This document shows, piece after piece, positions 29,220 to 36,809 of a DNA stretch of 64,000 nt. The stretch's first letter is position 1, and each line of letters begins with the position of its first letter. The notes beneath the pieces are model-generated. The model worked only from the letters and a program-made list of their open reading frames with translations, did no database searches and was not told the origin of the DNA. Origin of the DNA: a virus (Duplodnaviria > Caudoviricetes). Both the position numbers and the translations under genes were made by a program. The stretch covers positions 22,486 through 86,485 of the IMG/VR virus record IMGVR_UViG_3300037761_000271. One strand, given 5' to 3'.

Positions 29220-29463
29220 CGTGGCAGGCGTTCGTCGTGCCCGACTACCTCAGCATGGGCCGTGGCGTACACATCTACCTCGGACTAAAGCGCCCGGATG
29301 GCTCCATGACGGCGACGTGGCCCATGCTCTGCTCGATGCGCTCGCAGCGCACTACGGCGGCACGTCGGATCTTCGGCGGCTGCGGGCCGACTACGACGCC
29401 GAGCGGCGCCGGGTGGACAAGATGATTGACCGGTTGACGCTGCCCGAGCGGCCCGCTCGGTGA
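29216..29463 (+). pseudogene. Probable frameshifted small gene
   Basis: N-terminus in the frame of 29216; plausible C-terminus (HALLDALAAHYGG..DYDAERRRVD) in the frame of 29200. Confidence 0.45.
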
Positions 29464-29996
29464 CGGTCATCGTCGGGCTGGTCCACAACGGTGTGGTGCA
29501 CCTGGGTGGTGACTCGGCCGGCATCTCCGGCTGGGATCTGACTGTCCGCGCCGACCCGAAGGTGTTCACTGTCGGCCCTTACGCGATCGGGTACACCACC
29601 AGCTTCCGCATGGGCCAACTGCTGCGCTGGTCGTTCGACCCGCCCAAACCGGACACGGCCAAGCTGGACCGGTTCATGACGACCACGTTCGTCGACGCCG
29701 CCCGGGCCGCGTTCAAGGCTGGCGGCTGGGCGAAGAAGGACAGCGAGCAGGAGGAAGGCGGCCAGTGGCTGGTGGGCGTGGCGGGCCGGCTGTTCGAGGT
29801 CGGCGGCGACTACCAGGTGGGTGAGCCGGCCGGCGGGTACGCGGCGATCGGCTGCGGCGGCCAGGCTGCCCACGGTGCCCTGTACGCCACCCCGACCCTG
29901 GCACCACGGCGGCGGTTGCAGCTGGCGCTGGAGGCCGCGCAGCATCACAGCGCCGGGGTCCGCGGACCCTTCACCTACGTGAGGAGCCGGGCGTGA
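29460..29996 (+). CDS. Ntn-hydrolase (HslV/proteasome beta-like) protein
   Basis: N-terminal M-T-VIVG..GGDS..; AIGCGG..A.GAL. Confidence 0.7.
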   Translation: MTVIVGLVHNGVVHLGGDSAGISGWDLTVRADPKVFTVGPYAIGYTTSFRMGQLLRWSFDPPKPDTAKLDRFMTTTFVDAARAAFKAGGWAKKDSEQEEGGQWLVGVAGRLFEVGGDYQVGEPAGGYAAIGCGGQAAHGALYATPTLAPRRRLQLALEAAQHHSAGVRGPFTYVRSRA

Positions 29997-30231
29997 GCGG
30001 CCTGGAGGGCATCGTCGAGGAGCTGGTGATCCGGCCCGGTGACACGCTGGTGGTGCGGGTCCAGGCTGCCATCTCACCTCAGCAGGTCGACGAGCTTAAG
30101 CGGGAGCTGAGCGAGCGCCTGCCGGGCGTTAAGGCGCTGGTCGTTGCCGCCGAGCAGATTGCCGTTTACCGCCCGGCACCCGGCTGGCGGAGGTGTGCAG
30201 CCCAACCTGGCGCTGGTAGCGTGTGACGGGA

Positions 30232-30401
30232 TGAGCAGCACAGACACCACCACCAGGTCAGGTCGCCGCACCGTCTCGGTGAAACTCTCGTGGGCTGGTG
30301 TGGCCGAGTTGGACCGGCTGGCCGCCGCTGAGGGTGTGGACCGGTCGGAGTTGATCCGCCGGCTGCTGCGGGAGGCCATCCAGGCGAGGCGGACACGATG
30401 A
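30232..30401 (+). CDS. CopG/RHH regulator
   Basis: VSVKLS..ELDRLAAAEGVDRSELIRRLL. Confidence 0.7.
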
Positions 30402-30828
30402 GACTGCCACGGTGGGTGCACCGGTTGTACGCTGCGGCGGGCGGCTGGTTCTGGCTGCCGTGCCCGGCATGCGGCGAGCACTTCGGCGGGCATGAGGCCG
30501 GCAACTGCTCCCGCGGTACCCGCACGGTGTGCCGCCGCTGCTCGGCCAGCCTCCGCTGCTGTGGTGGCGTGACGGTCAACGGCGAGCGGTTGCACCTGTC
30601 GTACGCCGGCCAGCCGGCAGGAGTAGCAGCTGTGACGCGGCTGGTCTGCTGGCTACGCGGGCATCAGCCGGTGAAGGTCATCGAGCGGGTCAAGCTGGAC
30701 TCTGTCACACCGTGGGGAGCGGTCTGGGGCATAGTTGCTGCTCGGCTGGAATGCAGGCGGTGTGGTAGGACCGTAATCGGGGTCCCGCCGCGCCGCAGGG
30801 GTGAGCTGCCCGGCGGGTGGGTCGTGCC

Positions 30829-31272
30829 GTGACTGACCCGACCCCCGACTATCCCACGCAGTGGATCACCACCGATGCGGTTCGCAACAGCAGGCCGCCA
30901 GCAGGTCAGGCCCGGACCTACCGTCAGCCGGCGTACACGGTCGGCTGGGTATGCGCGGTCGGCTCGTTGGCGCTGGCCCGTCTGATCGACCCGGACTGGC
31001 TGGCCGCTGTGACCGTGCTGGTCGCCTACCTGGCCGGTGGCTGGTGGATGCGTACCACCTACCGGCAGGCGAGGCCGGACCCGGTGCTCGTGTACGACCG
31101 CTGGCTTGCCCACCGCCGCCGCTGGACACCTGCCGACGTGGCCGCCTGGCTGGTCTACCGGTCGGGCCGCCTGGCCTGCCGGCTGCTGCGACGCCACAAC
31201 GTGAGCTGTCGCGGCCGCCTGGACCATGTACGTCCCGACGGGACCGTGATCGAGGCGGGCAGCCGTGGCTGA
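30829..31272 (+). CDS. Membrane protein
   Basis: Two TM segments. Confidence 0.5.
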   Translation: MTDPTPDYPTQWITTDAVRNSRPPAGQARTYRQPAYTVGWVCAVGSLALARLIDPDWLAAVTVLVAYLAGGWWMRTTYRQARPDPVLVYDRWLAHRRRWTPADVAAWLVYRSGRLACRLLRRHNVSCRGRLDHVRPDGTVIEAGSRG

Positions 31273-31591
31273 CCCGGCTTTGCCCAACCGGGTCGAGGTT
31301 GAGGCGTGGCTGGCATCCCGCGCCCACCCCACCGGCTGGGCCACCACCTTGACGGGCCTGCCGTGGGAGATCATCCACCCGGTGTGCCGCATCGCCGCCG
31401 CCAGCCGTGTCCACCCGGCCGTAGTGCTCGGGGCGGCTGCGGCGTACACCGGCGACCGGGGCGACCGGGGCGTCCGGCAGGCCATCACCCAGCAGCTGAC
31501 CCACCACGGCCACACCCCACCCCCAGGCACCGGACCCAACCGCGCCACCCGCCGCGCCCAGACCAGGAACAGCCGCCGCGCTGCGAGGTGA
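31265..31591 (+). CDS. Hypothetical protein
   Basis: Coupled ORF. Confidence 0.5.
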   Translation: MADPALPNRVEVEAWLASRAHPTGWATTLTGLPWEIIHPVCRIAAASRVHPAVVLGAAAAYTGDRGDRGVRQAITQQLTHHGHTPPPGTGPNRATRRAQTRNSRRAAR

Positions 31592-31597
31592 GCCACG

Positions 31598-31900
31598 ATG
31601 GCCCGCCACAACCACCAGCCCACCACCACCCAACGCGGCCTGGGCCACCCCCACCAGCGGCTCCGCGCCCGGCTGCTACCCCAGGCGTACGGCCACCCCT
31701 GCCCCTACTGCGGACGACCGATGCTGGAAGGTCAAGACCTGGACCTCGACCACCCGCTGCCCCGCGCCCTGGGCGGGAAGCCTGGTGAGGGTCGCATGGC
31801 ACACCGACACTGCAACCGCTCACGTGGATCGAAGCTAGGCAATGCCTTACGCGCAGCTCGACGGCAGCCGCCACGCCGCGTCACATCACGACGATGGTGA
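31598..31900 (+). CDS. Packaging-associated HNH endonuclease
   Basis: CPYCG..LDLDH..AHRHCNRSRG, upstream of terS. Confidence 0.88.
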   Translation: MARHNHQPTTTQRGLGHPHQRLRARLLPQAYGHPCPYCGRPMLEGQDLDLDHPLPRALGGKPGEGRMAHRHCNRSRGSKLGNALRAARRQPPRRVTSRRW

Positions 31901-31904
31901 ATGC

Positions 31905-32045
31905 ACAGGGGCACCCGGGGGGGCGGGTCCCGACGCATTTCGGACAATCCCTGACCCGCTTCCGAGCCAGGTGATTTTTACACACGGCGTTTTTCCGTTT
32001 CGTGTAGGGCCCGGCCCGGCCCTGACCTGCACGTATAAACGTTAT
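31905..32045. other. Probable cos/packaging-initiation intergenic region
   Basis: Non-coding gap between HNH and terS with G-run and T-tracts; exact cos not identifiable. Confidence 0.4.
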
Positions 32046-32131
32046 TCTATGTCCGCCTCCTGACGTGGACTAGTGTCGATATCTCGCGTAAGCCCCTTGT
32101 GCCAACTCCGCCTTGTCGGTGACGGCTGTCG

Positions 32132-32458
32132 ATGTTTCGGAGCGGGGAGGTCCGGCTCGTGGCAGCTCGAACAAGGCGGCTCCGTGCGGTAGGGCCAGGT
32201 GAGTCCGCGCAGGGAAGGAAGCCACCGCGTGTGACGGTAGCGGCCCAGAGCGGCAGCCACAGGGATCTGCTGGTCGCTCTGCGGTCCAGGATTGCCCAGG
32301 CAGTCGAGGACCCGAACACGCCACCCCGGGATCTGGCGTCACTGTCGCGGCGGCTGCTGGAGATCGCTAAGGAGATCGAGGCGATCGATGCCGACGACCA
32401 GGGGGACGAAGTTGGTGCGGCAGCCGCGACGCCGGACGAACCGTGGGCTGCTACCTGA
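32132..32458 (+). CDS. Terminase small subunit
   Basis: RDLLVALRSRIA..PPRDLASLSRRLLEIAKEIE; synteny. Confidence 0.75.
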   Translation: MFRSGEVRLVAARTRRLRAVGPGESAQGRKPPRVTVAAQSGSHRDLLVALRSRIAQAVEDPNTPPRDLASLSRRLLEIAKEIEAIDADDQGDEVGAAAATPDEPWAAT

Positions 32459-33902
32459 GGCCCGTCACCTGATCTTGCCGAAGGGGATCCGGTCGTCCGG
32501 GTTCCCTTCGGTGCGGGAGACGTGCCGACGTGTCGGTATCGAGTTCGACCGGTGGCAGCAGGATCTGAACAGGTGCCTGCTGGCCAAGGACGCGGCCGGG
32601 TTGTACGCGGCCGACACCGCGGTGCTGTCGATCGCGCGCCAGGTGGGTAAGACCTTCGACGTGGGTGCGGTGGCGTTCGCGTTGTGTATCGCCACGCCGG
32701 GTCTGACGGTGGTGTGGACGGCGCACCGGTTCAAGGTGTCGCGCGAGTCATTCAACGAGATGCGGGCATGGGCGAAACGGCGCCAGCTCGCCGCGCACAT
32801 CGACTACGACGAGATCACCACTGGGGCGGGGAACGAGCAGATCCCGTTCCGCAATGATGCCCGGATCGTGTTCGCGGCCCGGGAGCGTGGGGCGATCCGC
32901 GGGTTCACCAAGGTCGGGGTGCTGGTGCTGGACGAGGCGCAGATCCTGACCGAGGCGGCGCTGTCGGACCTGGTGCCGACGACCAACCAGGCGCCGAACC
33001 CGCTGGTGATCCTGATGGGCACACCGCCGAAGCCGACCGACCCGAGTGAGGTTTTTGTCCGGCTGCGGCAGGAGGCGCTGGACGGCGAGTCGGATGATGT
33101 GCTGTACGTCGAGCTGTCCGCCGACGCGAACGCCGACCCGAACGACCGTAGGCAGTGGCGCAAGGCGAACCTGTCGTACCCGGCCCGCACGTCGGAGCGG
33201 GCGATCCTGCGGCTGAAGAAGCTGCTGTCGGCCGAGGATTTCCTGCGGGAGGGGCTGGGGGTCTGGCCGGAGGGCGGCCTACCGAAGTGGCAGGTAATCA
33301 GCGAGGCGGCGTGGCTGGCCCGGCAGAAGACCACCCGCGCGCAGCTTCGGCTGGTCGACCCGGTGACGCTGGGGGTGGATGTCACCCCGGACCGGACCTG
33401 GTCGGCGGTCGCCGCCGCCGGTGACCGGGTCGGTGGCGGCCGGGCGGTGGAGGTCACCGCCGACCCGCAGGCGGCCGAGCTGCGGGACCGGGTGGACTAC
33501 CGGCCGGGCACCGGCTGGGTGATACCCCGGCTGAAGACGCTGGTGGAACGCAACCGGCCGTGTGTGATCGTGATATCGGACCGGGCGCTGTTCGAGGAGG
33601 CCGAGGCGGCTGGGCTGCCGGCCTACCGGGCCAGCACCGGCGACCTGGCGTCGGCGGCGGCGAAGCTGTACGACGGGATCGCCGGCACCACCCCGGACGT
33701 GTGGCACTCACCCGACCCGGACCTGGCCGATGCGGCGGCGGGGGCGACGAAGCGTCCGCTCGGCGATGGGTGGGCGTGGGACCGCCGCTCGGTCAGCGTC
33801 AACATCTGCACCCTGGTCGCCACCAGCCTGGCGTTGTGGGGGGCGGCAACACCTCGCATCCACGTTGCCCGGTTGACCCCGTTCGCCCTCGTCGGCAGCT
33901 AG
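32415..33902 (+). CDS. Terminase large subunit
   Basis: IARQVGKT Walker A, LVLDEAQ Walker B, MGTPP, LGVD nuclease motif. Confidence 0.93.
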   Translation: MRQPRRRTNRGLLPEARHLILPKGIRSSGFPSVRETCRRVGIEFDRWQQDLNRCLLAKDAAGLYAADTAVLSIARQVGKTFDVGAVAFALCIATPGLTVVWTAHRFKVSRESFNEMRAWAKRRQLAAHIDYDEITTGAGNEQIPFRNDARIVFAARERGAIRGFTKVGVLVLDEAQILTEAALSDLVPTTNQAPNPLVILMGTPPKPTDPSEVFVRLRQEALDGESDDVLYVELSADANADPNDRRQWRKANLSYPARTSERAILRLKKLLSAEDFLREGLGVWPEGGLPKWQVISEAAWLARQKTTRAQLRLVDPVTLGVDVTPDRTWSAVAAAGDRVGGGRAVEVTADPQAAELRDRVDYRPGTGWVIPRLKTLVERNRPCVIVISDRALFEEAEAAGLPAYRASTGDLASAAAKLYDGIAGTTPDVWHSPDPDLADAAAGATKRPLGDGWAWDRRSVSVNICTLVATSLALWGAATPRIHVARLTPFALVGS

Positions 33903-33905
33903 ATA

Positions 33906-34000
33906 CCCTCGCCTTGCCCCGCCTGGCCAAGCCAGGCCCGGCCTTGCCGCACCTAGCCATGCCCGGACTCGCCGTACCCAGCCGTGCCCCGCCAGGCCAC
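33906..34000 (-). ncRNA. NN-GGY pentamer array 3 (putative guide RNA)
   Basis: 18 consecutive 5-nt units at 33911-34000 (17 GGY, 1 GTC) plus a terminal GAGGG; starts right after the stop codon at 34002. Confidence 0.85.
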
Positions 34001-34001
34001 G

Positions 34002-34541
34002 CTAACTTTCTCCTCGCTCCAGCCGCTCCAGCCGAGCCTTGAGTTCCGCGATCTCCTCCTCGGACCGCTCGTGACGCTGGTCCATCGACGACAGGGACTC
34101 CTCCAGCCGTTTCTGTCGGATGTCCATCCGCCGGTTGAAGTCCATCTGTGCGGCGAATGCCCGCGCAACCAGCTCGAATGCCTGCCGGGTGTCCGGGTCC
34201 ATGCCCGAGAAGTCGACGTGGACCACCTTCGAATGACCGGAGCGTAGCGCCCGGTTCGACTTCCGCTGCTGCTGGCGGGCAAGCTGCATGTGCTCGGGTG
34301 GCCTCACCACCCGATAGCCCTGGTTGGGGACCGCCTCGACCGCCCGCTTGTCGATCAGCTCATGTTCGCGGGCGGCCCGCCGCATCGCCATCTGTAGCTG
34401 GTGCCGGTCCCGGACAGGATGCAGGCCGAGGGCGTCACCCATCTGCTGGTAGGTGAGGGTGTGGGCGGTCTCGGTGGCCCGGAGCAGGTCGTAGACGATC
34501 CGCCACCGGGGTTGCTCGCCGAGTGGCTGGAATGGTGCCAT
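34002..34541 (-). CDS. Accessory protein: winged-helix-like N-terminus, coiled-coil C-terminus
   Basis: TLTYQQMGDALGL..AMRRA..VPNQGYRV; TGATG-coupled to the RAMP gene. Confidence 0.75.
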   Translation of the reverse strand: MAPFQPLGEQPRWRIVYDLLRATETAHTLTYQQMGDALGLHPVRDRHQLQMAMRRAAREHELIDKRAVEAVPNQGYRVVRPPEHMQLARQQQRKSNRALRSGHSKVVHVDFSGMDPDTRQAFELVARAFAAQMDFNRRMDIRQKRLEESLSSMDQRHERSEEEIAELKARLERLERGES

Positions 34542-35113
34542 CACGCGGTCTCGACCTTGGCGATGAACCGGCCGTAACGGGGGCGCCAGTCGCCCAGCCC
34601 GATCAGTTGTCCGGCGGTTTCGGCGATCGCCTCGACCTCGGCCAGGTCGATGACGTTGGTATCGATGTAGCCGAGGGCATCGGTGCGCCACTCGCGGAAC
34701 ATGGGCCGGCAGCGCATGACCCGCTGCTGCCCGACCTTGGCGGACGCCAGCAGTCGGAAGTTCTCATCGGCCCACAGTCCGGCCGCGTCGCGTGGCCCGC
34801 GGTAGGCGAGCGGGTTCAGGTCGGACTTGATGAACACGCCTTCCTTGACCTTCGGCCCGCGCTTGGACTTCTTCGCCGCGTCGTAAAGGGCGCGCCAGAT
34901 GTTCTCACCGGGGATGAATGGGCCGATCTCCGAGTCGATGTAGAGCGACCCGGCGTGCTCCAGCCGGGCGATCTGTTCGTGGTCATCGTCGGTCTTGTTG
35001 CGCTTCCCGGTGATCCGCTTCATGGCCTTTGCGGCTGGGTCGAGCGGGTTGGACAGCCTGCCGCTGTGCATGAGCAGGCTGGTTGTGCCTTCGATGGTGA
35101 TGCGGAAGTCCAT
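34541..35113 (-). CDS. Stand-alone Cas7/RAMP-like RNA-binding protein (190 aa)
   Basis: ITIEGTTSLLMH first strand, PFIPGENIWRAL (cf. RAMP PYIPGSSLKGAL), C-terminal G-loop IGLGDWRPRYGRF; RBS GAGGAG. Confidence 0.8.
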   Translation of the reverse strand: MDFRITIEGTTSLLMHSGRLSNPLDPAAKAMKRITGKRNKTDDDHEQIARLEHAGSLYIDSEIGPFIPGENIWRALYDAAKKSKRGPKVKEGVFIKSDLNPLAYRGPRDAAGLWADENFRLLASAKVGQQRVMRCRPMFREWRTDALGYIDTNVIDLAEVEAIAETAGQLIGLGDWRPRYGRFIAKVETA

Positions 35114-35139
35114 TTCCCCGTGCTCCTCGTGTTGGTAGT

Positions 35140-35214
35140 TCCCTGCCGCGCCCAGCCGTGCCTCGCCGAGCCCAACCTAGCCAGGCCGCGCCGGGCCCGG
35201 CCCCGCCCCGCCTT
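35140..35214 (-). ncRNA. NN-GGY pentamer array 2 (putative guide RNA)
   Basis: 14 perfect NN-GGY units at 35145-35214 plus a terminal AGGGA. Confidence 0.87.
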
Positions 35215-35217
35215 GCG

Positions 35218-35259
35218 TGCGGTGGTCGGGAGTCGAACCCGACTGATGACCATCACCGC
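35218..35259 (-). ncRNA. tRNA-like minihelix between arrays 1 and 2
   Basis: GCGGTG/CACCGC stem plus GTCGGG-TTCGACT-CCCGAC T-arm, followed by a discriminator-like A. Confidence 0.75.
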
Positions 35260-35261
35260 GC

Positions 35262-35336
35262 CCCATGCCCCGCCTCGACAAGCCGTGCCAAACCAAGACT
35301 CGCCACGCCCAGCCTCGCCTGGCCAAGCCGTGCACC
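35262..35336 (-). ncRNA. NN-GGY pentamer array 1 (putative guide RNA)
   Basis: 13 units at 35267-35331 (11 GGY, 2 GTC) plus a terminal ATGGG. Confidence 0.85.
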
Positions 35337-35339
35337 CGC

Positions 35340-35380
35340 AATATACCACGCTTTACGGGATACATACCACGTCTATACCG
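35340..35380 (-). promoter_or_regulatory. Extended -10 promoter of the cassette with direct repeats
   Basis: TGgTATATT at 35348-35340, about 7 nt before array 1; ATACCACG at 35343 and 35364 (21 bp apart). Confidence 0.65.
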
Positions 35381-35398
35381 TGATAGAGGGGATGCTGT

Positions 35399-36787
35399 GT
35401 GAGCTGGTGGCGGAGGCTGCTGGGGCTCCAGCGGGCCACCAGCACCGAGTTGCAGAAACGGTCGGCCCTGTCCTGGCAGGATTATGTTGATCTTTTCAGT
35501 TTTGGTGGCTCCAGCTATCCGCTGCTGAACACCACCATGGCCTCGATGAACGAGGAGGCCATCGGGTCGACCCTGTCGCAGGTGGCCAAGTCCAACGGGC
35601 CGGTATTCGCGCTGCTGCTCGCCCGGCTACAGGTGTTCTCCCAGGCCCGGTTCCAGTGGACCCGCTTCGACCGGGGGGCGCCCGCCGACCTGTTCGGCAC
35701 GGACGAGCTGGCTGTGCTGGAGCGGCCGTGGCCGGGTGGAACCACCGCGGACCTGCTCGCCCGGATGGAGATCCAGGTCACCACTGCCGGGAACGCCTAT
35801 GTGCGCCGGGTCGGCCGGGGCGAGAAGTCCCGGCTGATCTGCCTGCGGCCGGAGTGGATGTACATCGTCCTCGGGTCGCAGACCGACGCCGACCACCCGG
35901 CCGAAGCCGCCGACGTGGAGCTGCTCGGCTACGTCTACAAGCCACCCAACGCGAAGATGGTCACGTTCCTGCCCGAGGAGATCGCTCACTACGCGCCGAT
36001 CCCGGACCCGGACGCCACCTACCTGGGCATGTCCTGGATCACCGCCGCCCTGCGGGACATCTCCGGCGACAACCTGATGACCGACCACAAGCGCGCCTTC
36101 CTCCGCAACGCGGCCACCCCCAACATGGTGATCAAGTTCGACCCCAGCATCACGCTTGCGGCGGTCAAGGAGTTCAAAGAGGTCTTCGAGGCCGAGCACC
36201 AGGGCGCGCTGAACGCATACAAGACGGTGTACCTGGGCGGCGGCGCCGACGCGACCGTGGTCGGCAAAGACTTCCAGCAGTTGGAGTTCGCGGTCACCCA
36301 GGGCAAGGCCGAGTCGCGGCTGGCATCCTGCGCCGGGGTCCCCCCGTCCTGGGTCGGATTCTCCGAAGGGCTCCAGGGTTCGTCGCTCAACGCGGGCAAC
36401 TTCACCGCCGCCAGGCGCCGCTTCGGCGACGGAACCATGCAGCACATGTGGATGAACGTCGCCGCCAGCCTGGAGATCCTGGTCCGCCGACCCAGCGTCG
36501 GCGTGTACCTGTGGTTCGCCACGAAGGGCATCCCGTTCCTGCACATGGACGCGAAGGACGCGGCCGAGGTGCAGGCCACCGAGGCGCAGACCATCACCGC
36601 GCTGGTGCGGGACGGGTTCACCGCCCAGTCGGCGATCCTCGCGGTCCAGAACCACGACTGGTCCCGCCTGGTGCACACCGGGAGGGTTTCTGTCCAGCTC
36701 CAGACCCCCGGTGAGGCGGACGCGGCGCAGGTCAACGGCAACGGCGCCCGGCGCGGAGAGCTGATCGTCGGTGCCCTGCGGCCATGA
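35399..36787 (+). CDS. Portal protein (HK97-like)
   Basis: GNAYVRR, LRPEW, FLRNAATP, VPPSWVG; position after terL. Confidence 0.92.
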   Translation: MSWWRRLLGLQRATSTELQKRSALSWQDYVDLFSFGGSSYPLLNTTMASMNEEAIGSTLSQVAKSNGPVFALLLARLQVFSQARFQWTRFDRGAPADLFGTDELAVLERPWPGGTTADLLARMEIQVTTAGNAYVRRVGRGEKSRLICLRPEWMYIVLGSQTDADHPAEAADVELLGYVYKPPNAKMVTFLPEEIAHYAPIPDPDATYLGMSWITAALRDISGDNLMTDHKRAFLRNAATPNMVIKFDPSITLAAVKEFKEVFEAEHQGALNAYKTVYLGGGADATVVGKDFQQLEFAVTQGKAESRLASCAGVPPSWVGFSEGLQGSSLNAGNFTAARRRFGDGTMQHMWMNVAASLEILVRRPSVGVYLWFATKGIPFLHMDAKDAAEVQATEAQTITALVRDGFTAQSAILAVQNHDWSRLVHTGRVSVQLQTPGEADAAQVNGNGARRGELIVGALRP

Positions 36788-36809
36788 CAACTCCAGGACG
36801 GAGACGGAT

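Noticed and set aside
32009-32032. Short GCCCG GCCCG GCCCT run before terS as an array
   Set aside because: Too short, and expected in 70% GC DNA; more likely part of the packaging region.
33835-33882. Array 3 targeting the terL 3' end (LWGAATPRIHVARLTP)
   Set aside because: Only about 16/32 gapped identities with several double mismatches; not distinguishable from chance.
35218-35259. Bona fide tRNA gene
   Set aside because: Only 42 nt, with no anticodon arm, proper D-arm or CCA.
33906-35336. Classical CRISPR array or simple microsatellite
   Set aside because: There are no 25-45 bp repeats with spacers. The fixed-triplet/variable-dinucleotide pattern with codon-like content is not slippage-type repetition.
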